64,000 nt of DNA from an uncultured Gammaproteobacteria bacterium (GCA_963774475.1 CAVZFF010000006.1:667971-731970); one strand, 5' to 3'. Positions 1 to 11,458 are shown, counted from the stretch's first letter. The notes: generated from the sequence alone by a model not told the origin. A program made the numbers and translations.

Positions 1-417
1 CTCGCGACCGCCTCTGAACTCGGCGCCGCGGGGTTGCTCGCGATACCCGCATACCGAGCGGCCGGCGCACTGCTCGCCGCGTCGATCTGGAGCGCCTATT
101 TCGCCTTGATCGCACGCAGCATCGTCATCGGCCGGCGCGACGTGGATTGCGGCTGCAGTTTCGGTGCCGCGCACCGCCCGCTCGGCCGCTTTGAGCTGCT
201 GCGCTGCGCGAGCTTGAGCTTGCTGGCGGTCGTCGTTGCCGCGCTTTGCTTCGCGAGCGCCGGCCGGGGCGGTGCGAGCGAGAGCGTGGCCGGCGCGGGT
301 TCGGGAGCGGCGATGCTGGTCTCGGAGGCTCTCGCGGCCGGCGCAATGCTCGCCCTGTATGCGGCGCTCGATCACGTCATGGCGCTCGGGCCGCTGCGCC
401 CGGGAGAGATTCGATGA
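1..417 (+). CDS. mauE: MauE-type amine dehydrogenase accessory membrane protein (5' end lies outside window)
   Basis: Frame is open from nt 1 (track ORF 34..417 is its tail). Hydrophobic helices plus DCGCSFG motif as in MauE-like proteins. Stop overlaps the next start (ATGA at 414-417). Sits upstream of mauD-mauA. Confidence 0.7.
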   Translation, partial: LATASELGAAGLLAIPAYRAAGALLAASIWSAYFALIARSIVIGRRDVDCGCSFGAAHRPLGRFELLRCASLSLLAVVVAALCFASAGRGGASESVAGAGSGAAMLVSEALAAGAMLALYAALDHVMALGPLRPGEIR

Positions 418-1028
418 GCTTTCTGATTGCCTCGCAAATCCTGCTCTGGAGCGCGGTGCTGGTGCTCGGCGTCGTCTGCATTGCGTTGGCGCGTCAGGTC
501 GGCGTGCTGCACCAGCGCATCGCTCCGGCCGGCGCCCTGTCCCTGAGGCAGCCGCTCAAGATCGGCGATCCCGTGCCGCAACTGTCGCTGCCCGGCCTGG
601 ACGGATCCACCGTGCAAGTCGGCGGCGTGCGCGGCGGGCGCAGTCAGCTCGTGCTGTTCCTGTCACCGGACTGCGCGGTCTGCGAGGCGCTGCTGCCTTC
701 CCTGCGTTCCGCAAATGCTGCCGAGAAAAGTTGGTTGGATATCGTGTTGGCGAGCGATGGCGCGGGCGATAAGCATGCTGCATTCGTACGCGAAAAGGGA
801 CTCGCGAGATTTCCCTATGTCGTCTCGGAACAATTGGGGCGCAGTTATGGCGTCTCCAAGCTGCCGTACGCGGTATTGATCAACGAGGCCGGCAAGCTGT
901 CGGCGACGGGTCTCGTCAACACTCGCGAACATTTGGAAAGTTTGTTCGTGGCTCAGGAACGGGGCGTGGGCAGTATTCAGCAATTCCTCAAGTTACGTGG
1001 CCAGAAGCGGGCATCGTCGGGAGAATAG
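414..1028 (+). CDS. mauD: MauD-type thioredoxin-like accessory protein
   Basis: Internal ATG at 414 of track ORF 246..1028. N-terminal TM helix (LIASQILLWSAVLVLGVVCIAL) then thioredoxin-like region with CAVC (SPDCAVCEAL). E-D-A gene order as in mau/aau clusters. Confidence 0.75.
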   Translation: MSFLIASQILLWSAVLVLGVVCIALARQVGVLHQRIAPAGALSLRQPLKIGDPVPQLSLPGLDGSTVQVGGVRGGRSQLVLFLSPDCAVCEALLPSLRSANAAEKSWLDIVLASDGAGDKHAAFVREKGLARFPYVVSEQLGRSYGVSKLPYAVLINEAGKLSATGLVNTREHLESLFVAQERGVGSIQQFLKLRGQKRASSGE

Positions 1029-1029
1029 T

Positions 1030-1596
1030 GTGGTGCAATTCGATCGGTTGGCGGAAAGAGTCGTGCGCGGGTTCGCGAGTCGAACCTCGCGGCGCAGTGT
1101 GTTCGGCGTGCTGGGCAGCTTTCTCGTGGGGGCGGCTGCGTTGCCATTGTTGCCGGTGGCGCGTGCCGACGAGCCCGACACCGGCAATGCCGGCGATCCG
1201 AACTCCGGCCAGCAACCGCCGCAATTCAGCGGCAATCCCCAGGATCCGGGCGATCAGACGCGCTGCGACTACTGGCGCTATTGCGCGATCGACGGGTCGC
1301 TATGCTCCTGTTACGGCGGCACGGTCAATTCCTGCCCGCCGGGTACCGAGATGTCCCCGATCACCTGGATCGGCACTTGCTTGAATCCCGCCGATCAGCG
1401 CAACTACATCATCTCGTATAACGATTGTTGCGGAAGCGTGTTATGGGGCCGCTGTAGTTGTCAGCGCAACGAGCGCGAGCGCCCCGTCGTGCGGCCGCAG
1501 ACCAACAACGAGGTCACGTGGTGTTTCGGAACCCAGAGTCAATCCTATACTTGCTCGACGGCGAACATCCTGGGCGTCGCCACCGATCAGAAGTAG
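1030..1596 (+). CDS. mauA: TTQ-dependent amine dehydrogenase light (small) subunit
   Basis: GTG at 1030/1033 after GGGAGA. Tat-like SRRSVFG signal. CDYWRYCAIDGSLCSC, 12 Cys, and both Trp positions equivalent to the TTQ-forming Trp57/Trp108 of Paracoccus MauA (SPITWIGTC, EVTWCFG). Confidence 0.85.
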   Translation: MVQFDRLAERVVRGFASRTSRRSVFGVLGSFLVGAAALPLLPVARADEPDTGNAGDPNSGQQPPQFSGNPQDPGDQTRCDYWRYCAIDGSLCSCYGGTVNSCPPGTEMSPITWIGTCLNPADQRNYIISYNDCCGSVLWGRCSCQRNERERPVVRPQTNNEVTWCFGTQSQSYTCSTANILGVATDQK

Positions 1597-1600
1597 ACTC

Positions 1601-2074
1601 ATGCCGCGTCAGCTATCCCGAGGTCTTGGCGTCGCGTTGCTCATGTGCACCGCGGCGGCTCCGTGTATCGGCGACCCCGCTCCTGCCGGGGCGACGGTTT
1701 TTGCGAATCACTGCGCGGTCTGTCACGGACCCGAGGCTGCCGGCATTCCCGGCAGCTTTCCGCCGCTGCACGAACAAGTCGTCGCGTTCGCAAAACTGCC
1801 GGCCGGCCGGGATTATCTCGTCATGGTGGTCACGACCGGCTTGACCGGCGAACTTCAGGTCGGCGGCAACACCTATCGCGGCGTCATGCCGGCTCAATCG
1901 ACGCTCAGCGAATCGGAGGTGGCGTCCGTGCTGAACTATCTCGGCAGCGGCCTCGGCAAGATCAAGCTGCCGCCGCCATTCAACGCGAAAGACGTCAGCG
2001 ACGTGCGTGCACGCCACCCCGATAAGTCCCCGCAGAGCACGCATGCACTGCGGCCGAGCCCGAGCGGGCCATGA
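1601..2074 (+). CDS. Monohaem c-type cytochrome (class I-like), exported
   Basis: Signal peptide, single CAVCH haem-binding motif, downstream Met candidate (RGVMPAQ). Starts 5 nt after the mauA stop. Confidence 0.75.
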   Translation: MPRQLSRGLGVALLMCTAAAPCIGDPAPAGATVFANHCAVCHGPEAAGIPGSFPPLHEQVVAFAKLPAGRDYLVMVVTTGLTGELQVGGNTYRGVMPAQSTLSESEVASVLNYLGSGLGKIKLPPPFNAKDVSDVRARHPDKSPQSTHALRPSPSGP

Positions 2075-2562
2075 GCCCTAGGGCCGCGCGCTTGGATCTC
2101 TGCGCGGCCGCGGCTTTCGTCGGCGTGCTCCTGGCATCCGTGTGTTGCGCCGACGCGGCCGGCGCAGCGGGCGCTGCGACTGCTGCGGGCGTTGAAAATC
2201 CACAGCGCGCATGGCAGAACTGGACGCTGAACTGCCAGGGTTGCCATCGCCCCGACGGCAGCGGTTCGCAGGGCGCCGCGCCGAGCATCGCCGGTCGCGT
2301 CGCGAAATTCTTGAGGGTCCGCGGCGGCCGTGAATATCTCGGGCGCGTGCCGGGCGTCGCCACCTCGCCGCTCTCGAACAGCGATTTGGCCGAGGTTTTG
2401 AATTGGATGCTGTGGCGATTCGACAGCGCCGGTATCCCGGCGAATTTTCAACCCTATACGGCCGACGAGGTGGGGCTCTTGCGCGCACGACCGCTGCGCA
2501 TCGAGGCCTCGCAAATGCGTCGCGACCTGCTCAGGAAGGCAGACCAATCTGCGGTCCAATGA
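2071..2562 (+). CDS. Monohaem c-type cytochrome, exported
   Basis: ATGA overlap with the preceding cytochrome gene. Signal peptide. Single CQGCH motif. Confidence 0.7.
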   Translation: MSPRAARLDLCAAAAFVGVLLASVCCADAAGAAGAATAAGVENPQRAWQNWTLNCQGCHRPDGSGSQGAAPSIAGRVAKFLRVRGGREYLGRVPGVATSPLSNSDLAEVLNWMLWRFDSAGIPANFQPYTADEVGLLRARPLRIEASQMRRDLLRKADQSAVQ

Positions 2563-2640
2563 GCTCATACGACTCTGCGCAGAACTTCGCGCAAGCCTGA
2601 AGTGATGCCGCGGCCAAGGCCGCAACGTAATCGCCGAGCC

Positions 2641-3564
2641 TCAATTTTGGCGATTGCGTGAATCGCGGCCGTAGTAATCCGGATAGTCGGCGCTCAAACC
2701 TTTGAAGCGGCGGTGTACCCAAAAATATTGCTCCGGAACGCGCCGAATGTGCGCCTCGAGCAGCGCCACGAAGCGCTCGACGTCGTGGACCGGATCATCG
2801 CTCGGGAAATTCTCGAACGGCTCGCCGATCGTGACGCGGTAACCCGCGTTGCCCGGCAGGCGCTCCGGAAAATAGGTCAATACGGCCGCGCCCGAGATTT
2901 GCGCGAGGCGCGATGTGGCGGTCGTGGTTGCGGCCGGGATGCCGAAGAAATTGACCATCGCGGCGCCCTTGTTGCGATAGCTCTGGTCGGGTGCGTACCA
3001 GACGACGCCGTTTTTCCGCAGCACGCGAATCATCGATCGGATGTCGTCGTAGGCGATCGGGATCCCGTTCTGCTCAAAGCTCGCGAGCATGGCGCGCGCG
3101 AGCACTTCGTTCTTCGGCGGGCGGTAGACGGCGCTCATCGGAACGACCGCGCTGATGATGCGCGTCGCGATCTCGATGGTCGTGAAATGGCCGCCGATCA
3201 AGATCGCCCCGTGTCCCTTGGCGAGCGCCGCGTGCAGGCGCTCGAGGCCCACGATTTGCGCACGTTCGAGGATGCGCTGATCGCTGCTCCACCAGGTGTT
3301 CGCGGTCTCGAATAGAGCCATGCCGAGGCTCTCGCAGTGCCGATCCAACAAGTCGGCGCGCTCGGCCGCCGACAGAGCCGGCAAGCACAGTTCGATGTTA
3401 CGGCGCGCAATGCGTATCCATGAGATCGGCAGGCGCCGAATGATCTTGCCGAGGCCGACGCCGAGGCGCATCTGCAGCGGCACCGGCAGCGGTTCGAGCA
3501 CACGCAGCAGCCCGAGGCCAATCCAGGTCGGCCAATATTTGGGTGCCCAAAGACTTAGACGCAC
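2641..3564 (-). CDS. lpxL: Lipid A biosynthesis lauroyl/late acyltransferase (LpxL/HtrB family)
   Basis: Full-length colinear similarity to E. coli LpxL as recalled (YWPTWIGLG, RRNIELCLP, GAILIGGHFTTIE, VYRPPKN, VWYAPDQ, PEQYFWVHRRFK). Confidence 0.85.
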   Translation of the reverse strand: MRLSLWAPKYWPTWIGLGLLRVLEPLPVPLQMRLGVGLGKIIRRLPISWIRIARRNIELCLPALSAAERADLLDRHCESLGMALFETANTWWSSDQRILERAQIVGLERLHAALAKGHGAILIGGHFTTIEIATRIISAVVPMSAVYRPPKNEVLARAMLASFEQNGIPIAYDDIRSMIRVLRKNGVVWYAPDQSYRNKGAAMVNFFGIPAATTTATSRLAQISGAAVLTYFPERLPGNAGYRVTIGEPFENFPSDDPVHDVERFVALLEAHIRRVPEQYFWVHRRFKGLSADYPDYYGRDSRNRQN

Positions 3565-3618
3565 GGGTGGCGGTCGAGCGCTATCGACGCCCGCGTGAGT
3601 CCCGCATAGGATTTAACG

Positions 3619-4392
3619 ATGGTCACATTGTTCCAGCGGCTTAGGTCCTTGAGGCACCGGGTTTGGTACGGCTTGTCCGAGCGCCTGCGTTGGTCGCGCG
3701 GCACGTTTCATGAGACGCCGGCGCATGAATTGTCTCCGGCGACCCTTCAGCAGGCGCAAAGAATAGCCGCGTTGCGAAGCCGTTACCAGGTGAAATTCGA
3801 ACGACACCTGAACGCCGCGACCAGCTACAACAACTACGAGTACTTGGATATCCTCGATCGCGCCTGGGATGCGTCGGGACTTGCGCGCACCAAAGGCGGA
3901 GAGCTCTGCGACGTGGGCTGCGCCAACTTTTGGTACGCTGAGGCGCTGCAGGCATTTTTTCGCCCCGAGCGCCTGCTCGGCGTGGAAGTGGAAGGCTACC
4001 GCCGCTATCGCGACGGCCATGCGCGCGTCGATTATGCGGCGGGCTACTTGTCGCGGGTGCCGAACGCGCGGCTGTTGATTGCCGATTACGCCAGCTGCGA
4101 GTTACCGGCGGATCTGATCACCGCCTGGTTTCCGTTCGTGACGCCGCAGGCGATTTTGGCCTGGCGCCTGCCGCTCGTCCTGCTCGACCCGGCGCGACTG
4201 TTTGAGCGGATTCGCCACAATTTGCGCCGCCATGGCATGTTCGTCATGGTAAACCATGGTTCGCAGGAGGCGATGCTGGCTCAGGAATTGTGCGCTGCAA
4301 CGGGGTTGCGCCGGCTCAGCGCCGCGGATGAGCCGGGACTGCTGAGCGGCCATCGTCTGGCGCCCGCGATCTTGAGTTGCTGGGGACGCTAA
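3619..4392 (+). CDS. Hypothetical protein, possible class I SAM-dependent methyltransferase fold
   Basis: 257-aa ORF divergent from lpxL. Glycine-poor motif-I-like segment LCDVGCANF followed by an alternating beta/alpha-like pattern. No specific family recognised. Confidence 0.55.
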   Translation: MVTLFQRLRSLRHRVWYGLSERLRWSRGTFHETPAHELSPATLQQAQRIAALRSRYQVKFERHLNAATSYNNYEYLDILDRAWDASGLARTKGGELCDVGCANFWYAEALQAFFRPERLLGVEVEGYRRYRDGHARVDYAAGYLSRVPNARLLIADYASCELPADLITAWFPFVTPQAILAWRLPLVLLDPARLFERIRHNLRRHGMFVMVNHGSQEAMLAQELCAATGLRRLSAADEPGLLSGHRLAPAILSCWGR

Positions 4393-4612
4393 GAATCCGC
4401 ATTCGTATTATTCCCTAAACTCCTGTAGGATATATGCCGGTTCGTGAAGTTCTACTTGGTTCGTTTCTGGTCAGCGCGCCGCTCCGGCGTCACTTTGGCC
4501 ATAACCCACAAAGCAGGTTTCTTCGATCCAGGTGGCAGGCACACCGCAAATCGTTTTGGACGTTAGCACGCGTGACCGGCCGATAGTTTCTTTTGTAGTA
4601 GGTATTCTTCAC

Positions 4613-4918
4613 ATGACGAAAATGTATGTTGGCAATCTCCCGTTCTCAATGGACGAGTCCGCGGTACGCGCGCTGTTCGAAAAGCATGGCGCGGTGCAAT
4701 CGGTGGCGTTAATAAATGATCGTGACACCGGGCGTCCCCGCGGTTTCGGCTTCGTTGAAATGGCAAGCGCCGATGCGGCGCGCGCCATGCAGGCCTTGAA
4801 CGGCCACGACGTCGACGGGCGTGCGCTGAAGGTGAACGAGGCTCAGGAGCGCACCGGCGGTGGCGGCGGTGGCGGCGGCGGCGGTGGCGGTGGGTCACGC
4901 GGCCCGAAGCGCTGGTAA
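4613..4918 (+). CDS. RRM-type glycine-rich RNA-binding protein
   Basis: RNP2 MYVGNL and RNP1 RGFGFVEM motifs. C-terminal run of 12 Gly. Start at ATG 4613 or 4622 (track ORF 4532 is an upstream extension). Confidence 0.85.
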   Translation: MTKMYVGNLPFSMDESAVRALFEKHGAVQSVALINDRDTGRPRGFGFVEMASADAARAMQALNGHDVDGRALKVNEAQERTGGGGGGGGGGGGGSRGPKRW

Positions 4919-4954
4919 CGGCGTTTAGCTGGGAACAGCTTTAGGTAAAGCGAG

Positions 4955-4984
4955 GATCGGGGCCACGATGACGTGGCCCCGATC
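4955..4984 (+). terminator. Perfect 13-bp stem-loop downstream of the RRM gene (no clear U-tract)
   Basis: GATCGGGGCCACG-ATGA-CGTGGCCCCGATC read directly. Lies 37 nt after the stop at 4918. Confidence 0.5.
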
Positions 4985-5042
4985 GCATCCGGGGGCTTGG
5001 GTTTGACCGAAGAGCCCCAATGGTTTCTTTTGCGCAATAGGG

Positions 5043-5071
5043 TTTACCCTTGCGGCGGCATTGCCTATAAT
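5043..5071 (+). promoter_or_regulatory. Sigma70-like promoter of the rimP-nusA-infB operon
   Basis: TTTACC (5043-5048), 17-bp spacer, TATAAT (5066-5071), about 130 nt upstream of rimP. Confidence 0.5.
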
Positions 5072-5127
5072 CGCGGCCCTCGGCGGGGGTCGTAATTAGC
5101 GGTCATTCTCCTGCGCACGGTTTTTAG

Positions 5128-5149
5128 AAGGCCCCCGATGGGGCTTTTT
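5128..5149 (+). terminator. Leader hairpin 1 with U-tract (attenuator-like)
   Basis: GCCCC-CGAT-GGGGC followed by TTTTT, between the putative promoter and rimP. Confidence 0.5.
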
Positions 5150-5153
5150 CGTT

Positions 5154-5180
5154 AAAAGGGGGCCGATGGTCCCCTTTTTT
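5154..5180 (+). terminator. Leader hairpin 2, canonical intrinsic-terminator shape
   Basis: AAAAGGGGGCC-GAT-GGTCCCCTTTTTT. A-tract/stem/T6-tract ending 20 nt before the rimP ATG. Confidence 0.6.
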
Positions 5181-5200
5181 GTTTGCGAAGGATTCAAGCG

Positions 5201-5659
5201 ATGCGCGACGCTTTGATGCGCTTATTGGAGCCTCCGGTTGAGGCGCTGGGTTGCGAGTTGGTGGACATCGAGTTTGCGCGAGAAGGCCGAGGCGGCGTGC
5301 TGCGGATATTCATCGATCGCAATGCCGGTGAGGCCGATGCACGAGTTACGGTGGATGATTGCGCGCGCGTGAGCCACGCGGTCAGCGAGGTGCTCGAGAC
5401 CGAAGATCCGATCAAGGGGCATTACACGCTCGAGGTGTCGTCGCCCGGCTTCGATCGGATTCTGCGCAAGCGTGCGCATTTCGAGCGTTTCGTCGGCGCA
5501 CGGGTGTTCGTCGAATTGAAGCTGCCGCAAGACGGCCGGCGGCGTTTTGCGGGGATTTTACAGGCGGTCGAGAAGGACTCGATCGTCGTCGTGGTGGACG
5601 GGCAAGAGCATCGACTGCCGCTGGAGCGGATTCAGAAGGCGAGATTGAGGCCGGAATGA
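5201..5659 (+). CDS. rimP: Ribosome maturation factor RimP
   Basis: ATG 5201 preceded by AAGGA. PVEALGCELVDIEF, LRIFID, DDCARVSHAVS and LEVSSPGFDR align with E. coli RimP as recalled. Confidence 0.9.
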   Translation: MRDALMRLLEPPVEALGCELVDIEFAREGRGGVLRIFIDRNAGEADARVTVDDCARVSHAVSEVLETEDPIKGHYTLEVSSPGFDRILRKRAHFERFVGARVFVELKLPQDGRRRFAGILQAVEKDSIVVVVDGQEHRLPLERIQKARLRPE

Positions 5660-5719
5660 GCGGGCGGGTGTCAGGCCGGCCCGCGGTGTTGCGGCCATAG
5701 CGACCAGGAGTAGAGGTCT

Positions 5720-7216
5720 ATGAACAAAGAGATTCTGATGGCGGTGGACGCAGTCTCCAACGAGAAGGGCGTCGACAAGGAAATCATCTTCGACGCGCTC
5801 GAGGCGGCGCTCGCGTCGGCAACGCGCAAGAAGCACGGCGAAGAGTTGGATGTGCGGGTTTCGATCAATCGCAAGACCGGTGGTTACGACACGTTCCGCC
5901 GCTGGAAAGTTTTCGCCGACGAGTCCAACGAACTCGAGGTTCCCGAGCGCGAGCTGCGCTTGGACGATGCGCGCGACATCGACAAAGACGTCGAACCGGG
6001 CGGCTTTGTCGAGGAGCCGATGGAATCCGTGCCGTTCGGGCGGATTCTCGCTCAGACCGCGAAGCAGGTCATCGTGCAGAAGGTGCGCGAGGCGGAGCGG
6101 GCGCAGGTCGTCGACGCCTATAAGGATCGGGCCGGTACGCTGGTCAGCGGCATCGTCAAGCGCGTCGATCGTAACGGCGTATTCGTCGATCTCGGCGCGA
6201 ACGCGGAAGGCTACATACCGCGTGAAGAGCTGATCCCGCGTGAACCGGTGCGTTCGCAGGATCGCATCAAGGCCTATCTGAAGGAAGTTCGCTCGGAGCC
6301 ACGCGGCCCGCAACTGTTTTTGTCGCGCACGGCGCCCGAATTCTTGATCGAGCTGTTCAAGCTCGAAGTGCCGGAAGTGGGTCAAGGACTCATCAATATT
6401 CTGGCGGCGGCGCGGGATGCGGGCGTGCGCGCCAAGATCGCCGTGCGCAGCAACGATCCGCGGGTCGACCCCGTAGGGGCGTGCGTCGGCATGCGCGGCT
6501 CGCGCGTCCAGGCGGTATCGAACGAGATCGCGGGCGAGCGCGTCGACATCATTCCGTTCGACGAGAACAGCGCGCAGTTCGTCATCAATGCGATGGCGCC
6601 CGCCGAAGTGACGTCGATCGTCGTCGACGAGGACTCGCATTCGATGGACATCGCGGTTTCCGAGGACAAGCTGTCGCAGGCCATCGGCCGCGGCGGCCAA
6701 AACATCCGGCTGGCGAGCGAATTGACCGGTTGGGAGCTCAATGTCATGAGCGAATCGCAGGCCGAGGCAAAGAGCGAGACCGAGTCCTCGGCGCTGCGCG
6801 AGACGTTCATGAAGCAATTGGATGTCGACGCCGACGTGGCGAGCATATTGGTGCAGGAAGGCTTCTCGACGATCGAGGAAATCGCCTATGTGCCGGCGAG
6901 CGAGCTGAACGGCATCGAGGAATTCGACGAGGAAATCGTCAAGGAGCTGCGTACGCGCGCTCGTGACGTGCTGTTGACGCAAGCCATCGCGACCGAAGAG
7001 TCGGCCGCCGGCGGCGAGCCGAGCGCGGATCTCATCGAACTGACGGGCGAGCCCTTGGCGAGGACCTTGGCCGGCAAGGGCGTGCGCACGCGCGAGGATC
7101 TCGCGGATCTGTCGGTCGACGAGCTCATCGAAATCGGCGGTACCGACGAGAAGCAAGCCGGTGAATTAATAATGGAAGCCCGCAAGCACTGGTTCGCGGA
7201 AGAAGCGAAGGCTTAG
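5720..7216 (+). CDS. nusA: Transcription termination/antitermination factor NusA
   Basis: [15 protein letters not shown]-terminus, S1 and KH regions ([25 protein letters not shown]), C-terminal acidic repeats. Confidence 0.97.
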   Translation: MNKEILMAVDAVSNEKGVDKEIIFDALEAALASATRKKHGEELDVRVSINRKTGGYDTFRRWKVFADESNELEVPERELRLDDARDIDKDVEPGGFVEEPMESVPFGRILAQTAKQVIVQKVREAERAQVVDAYKDRAGTLVSGIVKRVDRNGVFVDLGANAEGYIPREELIPREPVRSQDRIKAYLKEVRSEPRGPQLFLSRTAPEFLIELFKLEVPEVGQGLINILAAARDAGVRAKIAVRSNDPRVDPVGACVGMRGSRVQAVSNEIAGERVDIIPFDENSAQFVINAMAPAEVTSIVVDEDSHSMDIAVSEDKLSQAIGRGGQNIRLASELTGWELNVMSESQAEAKSETESSALRETFMKQLDVDADVASILVQEGFSTIEEIAYVPASELNGIEEFDEEIVKELRTRARDVLLTQAIATEESAAGGEPSADLIELTGEPLARTLAGKGVRTREDLADLSVDELIEIGGTDEKQAGELIMEARKHWFAEEAKA

Positions 7217-7226
7217 GAGCATCAGT

Positions 7227-9731
<2,505 letters not shown>

Positions 9732-9755
9732 CGTGCGGCGCAGCCTGATGTCGAC

Positions 9756-10184
9756 ATGCCACGCGACAATCCGCGCGCTCGGCGGCTCGGTGAGCAGATC
9801 CAGCGCGAACTCACCGAGATCCTGCGCCGCGGGGTCAAGGATTCGCGGATCGGCAATGTCACGATCACCGCCGTCGACGTTACGGGCGATCTGCGCACCG
9901 CCAAAGTGTTCTACCTCATTTTCGGCCGCGATGGGCCGAACCCGCAGGTGCAGCGCGGATTGGAGAGTGCGGCGGGATTCTTGCGCAACGCGCTTTCGCG
10001 CGCGCTCATGATCCGCTATACCCCGACCTTGAGTTTCGAGCTCGATACGTCGATCGAACACGGCGTGCGCTTGGCGCAATTGATCGATGCGGCCAATAAG
10101 TCCTCGGGCCCGAGCGCGCCCGGGGACGCCGGCGCAAAAGACGCCGGCGCAAGAGACGTCGATGCGGCGGACGAAGCGGAATAA
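9756..10184 (+). CDS. rbfA: Ribosome-binding factor A
   Basis: RARRLGEQIQRELTEIL and VTITAVDVTGDLRTAKVF. Conserved position after infB. Confidence 0.93.
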   Translation: MPRDNPRARRLGEQIQRELTEILRRGVKDSRIGNVTITAVDVTGDLRTAKVFYLIFGRDGPNPQVQRGLESAAGFLRNALSRALMIRYTPTLSFELDTSIEHGVRLAQLIDAANKSSGPSAPGDAGAKDAGARDVDAADEAE

Positions 10185-11083
10185 TGCCGGCCGATATTCA
10201 CGGGATTTTGCTGCTCGACAAGCCGTTGGGAATGAGCTCCGCGGGCGCGGTCGCGCGCGTCAAATATTTGTTCGAGGCGCGCAAAGCAGGACACACGGGA
10301 TCCTTGGATCCGTTGGCGTCGGGGCTTTTGCCGATCTGCTTCGGCGAGGCGACCAAATTCGGTGCGCAGATGCTCGACGCCGACAAGACCTATAGGGTCA
10401 CCGCGCGGCTGGGCGAGCGAACCTCGAGCGCGGATCTGGAGTCGGCAGTCATCGAAACACGCGAGCTGCCGCCGTTTTCGGCGAGCCGGATCGAAGCCGC
10501 ACTCGCGGATTTTCCGCGCGATTACGCACAGGTGCCGCCGATGCACTCGGCGCTGAAGCAGGAAGGCAAGCCGCTCTACGAGTATGCGCGCGCGGGCATC
10601 ACGCGCGAGCGTGCGGCGCGTCAAATCTCGATCCACGCGATGACGTTGCTCGAATGGCGCGCGCCCGACATCCACTTCGAGGTGCGCTGTTCGAAGGGCG
10701 CCTATATTCGGGTATTGGCGGAGGATATCGCGGCGCGTCTCGGTACTATCGCGCATTTGGTTGCGCTACGACGAGTCGGGGTCGCGCCCTTCGGCGCCGA
10801 GACGCTGTGGGGGTTCGATGCCTTGGAGGCGCTGAGTCCGGCGCAGCGTCGGCAATTGCTGCTGCCGGTCGACGCGGCGCTCGGCGACTGGCGTCGATTC
10901 GACCTGCCGTCGGGCGGCGTCGCAGCATTTCGGCAAGGCCAGAGCGTCGAGGTTCCGGGGTGTTTGCCGGGAACCGTGCGTATCTACGCCGCGGGCCTAG
11001 GATTTCTGGGCCTCGGGGAGGTCCAGGCGGCGGGCCGACTGGTGCCTTTGCGGCTTATTTCGGCGGCTGCGAATCGTGCTTGA
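10184..11083 (+). CDS. truB: tRNA pseudouridine-55 synthase TruB
   Basis: GILLLDKPLGMSS, GHTGSLDPLASGLLPI (catalytic Asp), QVPPMHSALK. Confidence 0.95.
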   Translation: MPADIHGILLLDKPLGMSSAGAVARVKYLFEARKAGHTGSLDPLASGLLPICFGEATKFGAQMLDADKTYRVTARLGERTSSADLESAVIETRELPPFSASRIEAALADFPRDYAQVPPMHSALKQEGKPLYEYARAGITRERAARQISIHAMTLLEWRAPDIHFEVRCSKGAYIRVLAEDIAARLGTIAHLVALRRVGVAPFGAETLWGFDALEALSPAQRRQLLLPVDAALGDWRRFDLPSGGVAAFRQGQSVEVPGCLPGTVRIYAAGLGFLGLGEVQAAGRLVPLRLISAAANRA

Positions 11084-11108
11084 GAGCAACTGCCGCGACG
11101 CGTACAAT
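11080..11108 (+). promoter_or_regulatory. Sigma70-like promoter for rpsO
   Basis: TTGAGA (overlaps the truB stop), 17-bp spacer, TACAAT. E. coli also has an rpsO promoter after truB. Confidence 0.55.
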
Positions 11109-11155
11109 GCGCGGCTTCCTAAAAGGTCTAAGTTATTGATTGAGGATTGATTTCA

Positions 11156-11425
11156 ATGCCACTCACTCGCGAAGAAAAGACGGGCGTCGTCGGTAAATTC
11201 CAGCGCAGCGCGCAAGACACCGGTTCCCCCGAAGTTCAAATTGCCCTGTTGTCCGAGCGCATCAACGGCTTGAGCCAGCACTTCACTGCGCACAAAGCCG
11301 ATCATGCGTCGCGTCGCGGCTTGCTCAAGATGGTCAATCAGCGGCGCAAGCTGCTCGACTATTTGAAGAGCACAACGCCGGATGCGTACACGCAGCTGGT
11401 CGAGCGCTTAGGGCTACGCCGCTAA
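11156..11425 (+). CDS. rpsO: 30S ribosomal protein S15
   Basis: 89-aa product from the internal ATG of track ORF 11147. [12 protein letters not shown] and [15 protein letters not shown]-type motifs. Confidence 0.96.
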   Translation: MPLTREEKTGVVGKFQRSAQDTGSPEVQIALLSERINGLSQHFTAHKADHASRRGLLKMVNQRRKLLDYLKSTTPDAYTQLVERLGLRR

Positions 11426-11435
11426 TAGGCGCTGA

Positions 11436-11458
11436 CGCAGGACGTGACCCGTCCTGTG
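11436..11458 (+). promoter_or_regulatory. rpsO-pnp intergenic hairpin (terminator/RNase III-type processing site candidate)
   Basis: CAGGACG-TGACC-CGTCCTG stem-loop 10 nt after the rpsO stop. E. coli has an RNase III-processed hairpin in the pnp leader. Confidence 0.5.

Noticed and set aside
4855-4895. (GGC/GGT)12 microsatellite as a standalone repeat feature
   Set aside because: It encodes the poly-Gly tail typical of glycine-rich RRM proteins. It may be length-polymorphic but is explained by the CDS.
5072-5200. Expected tRNA-fMet (metY) upstream of rimP, as in E. coli
   Set aside because: No cloverleaf-compatible sequence or T-loop (GTTCGAATC-like) is present. The region is fully accounted for by two hairpin/U-tract elements.
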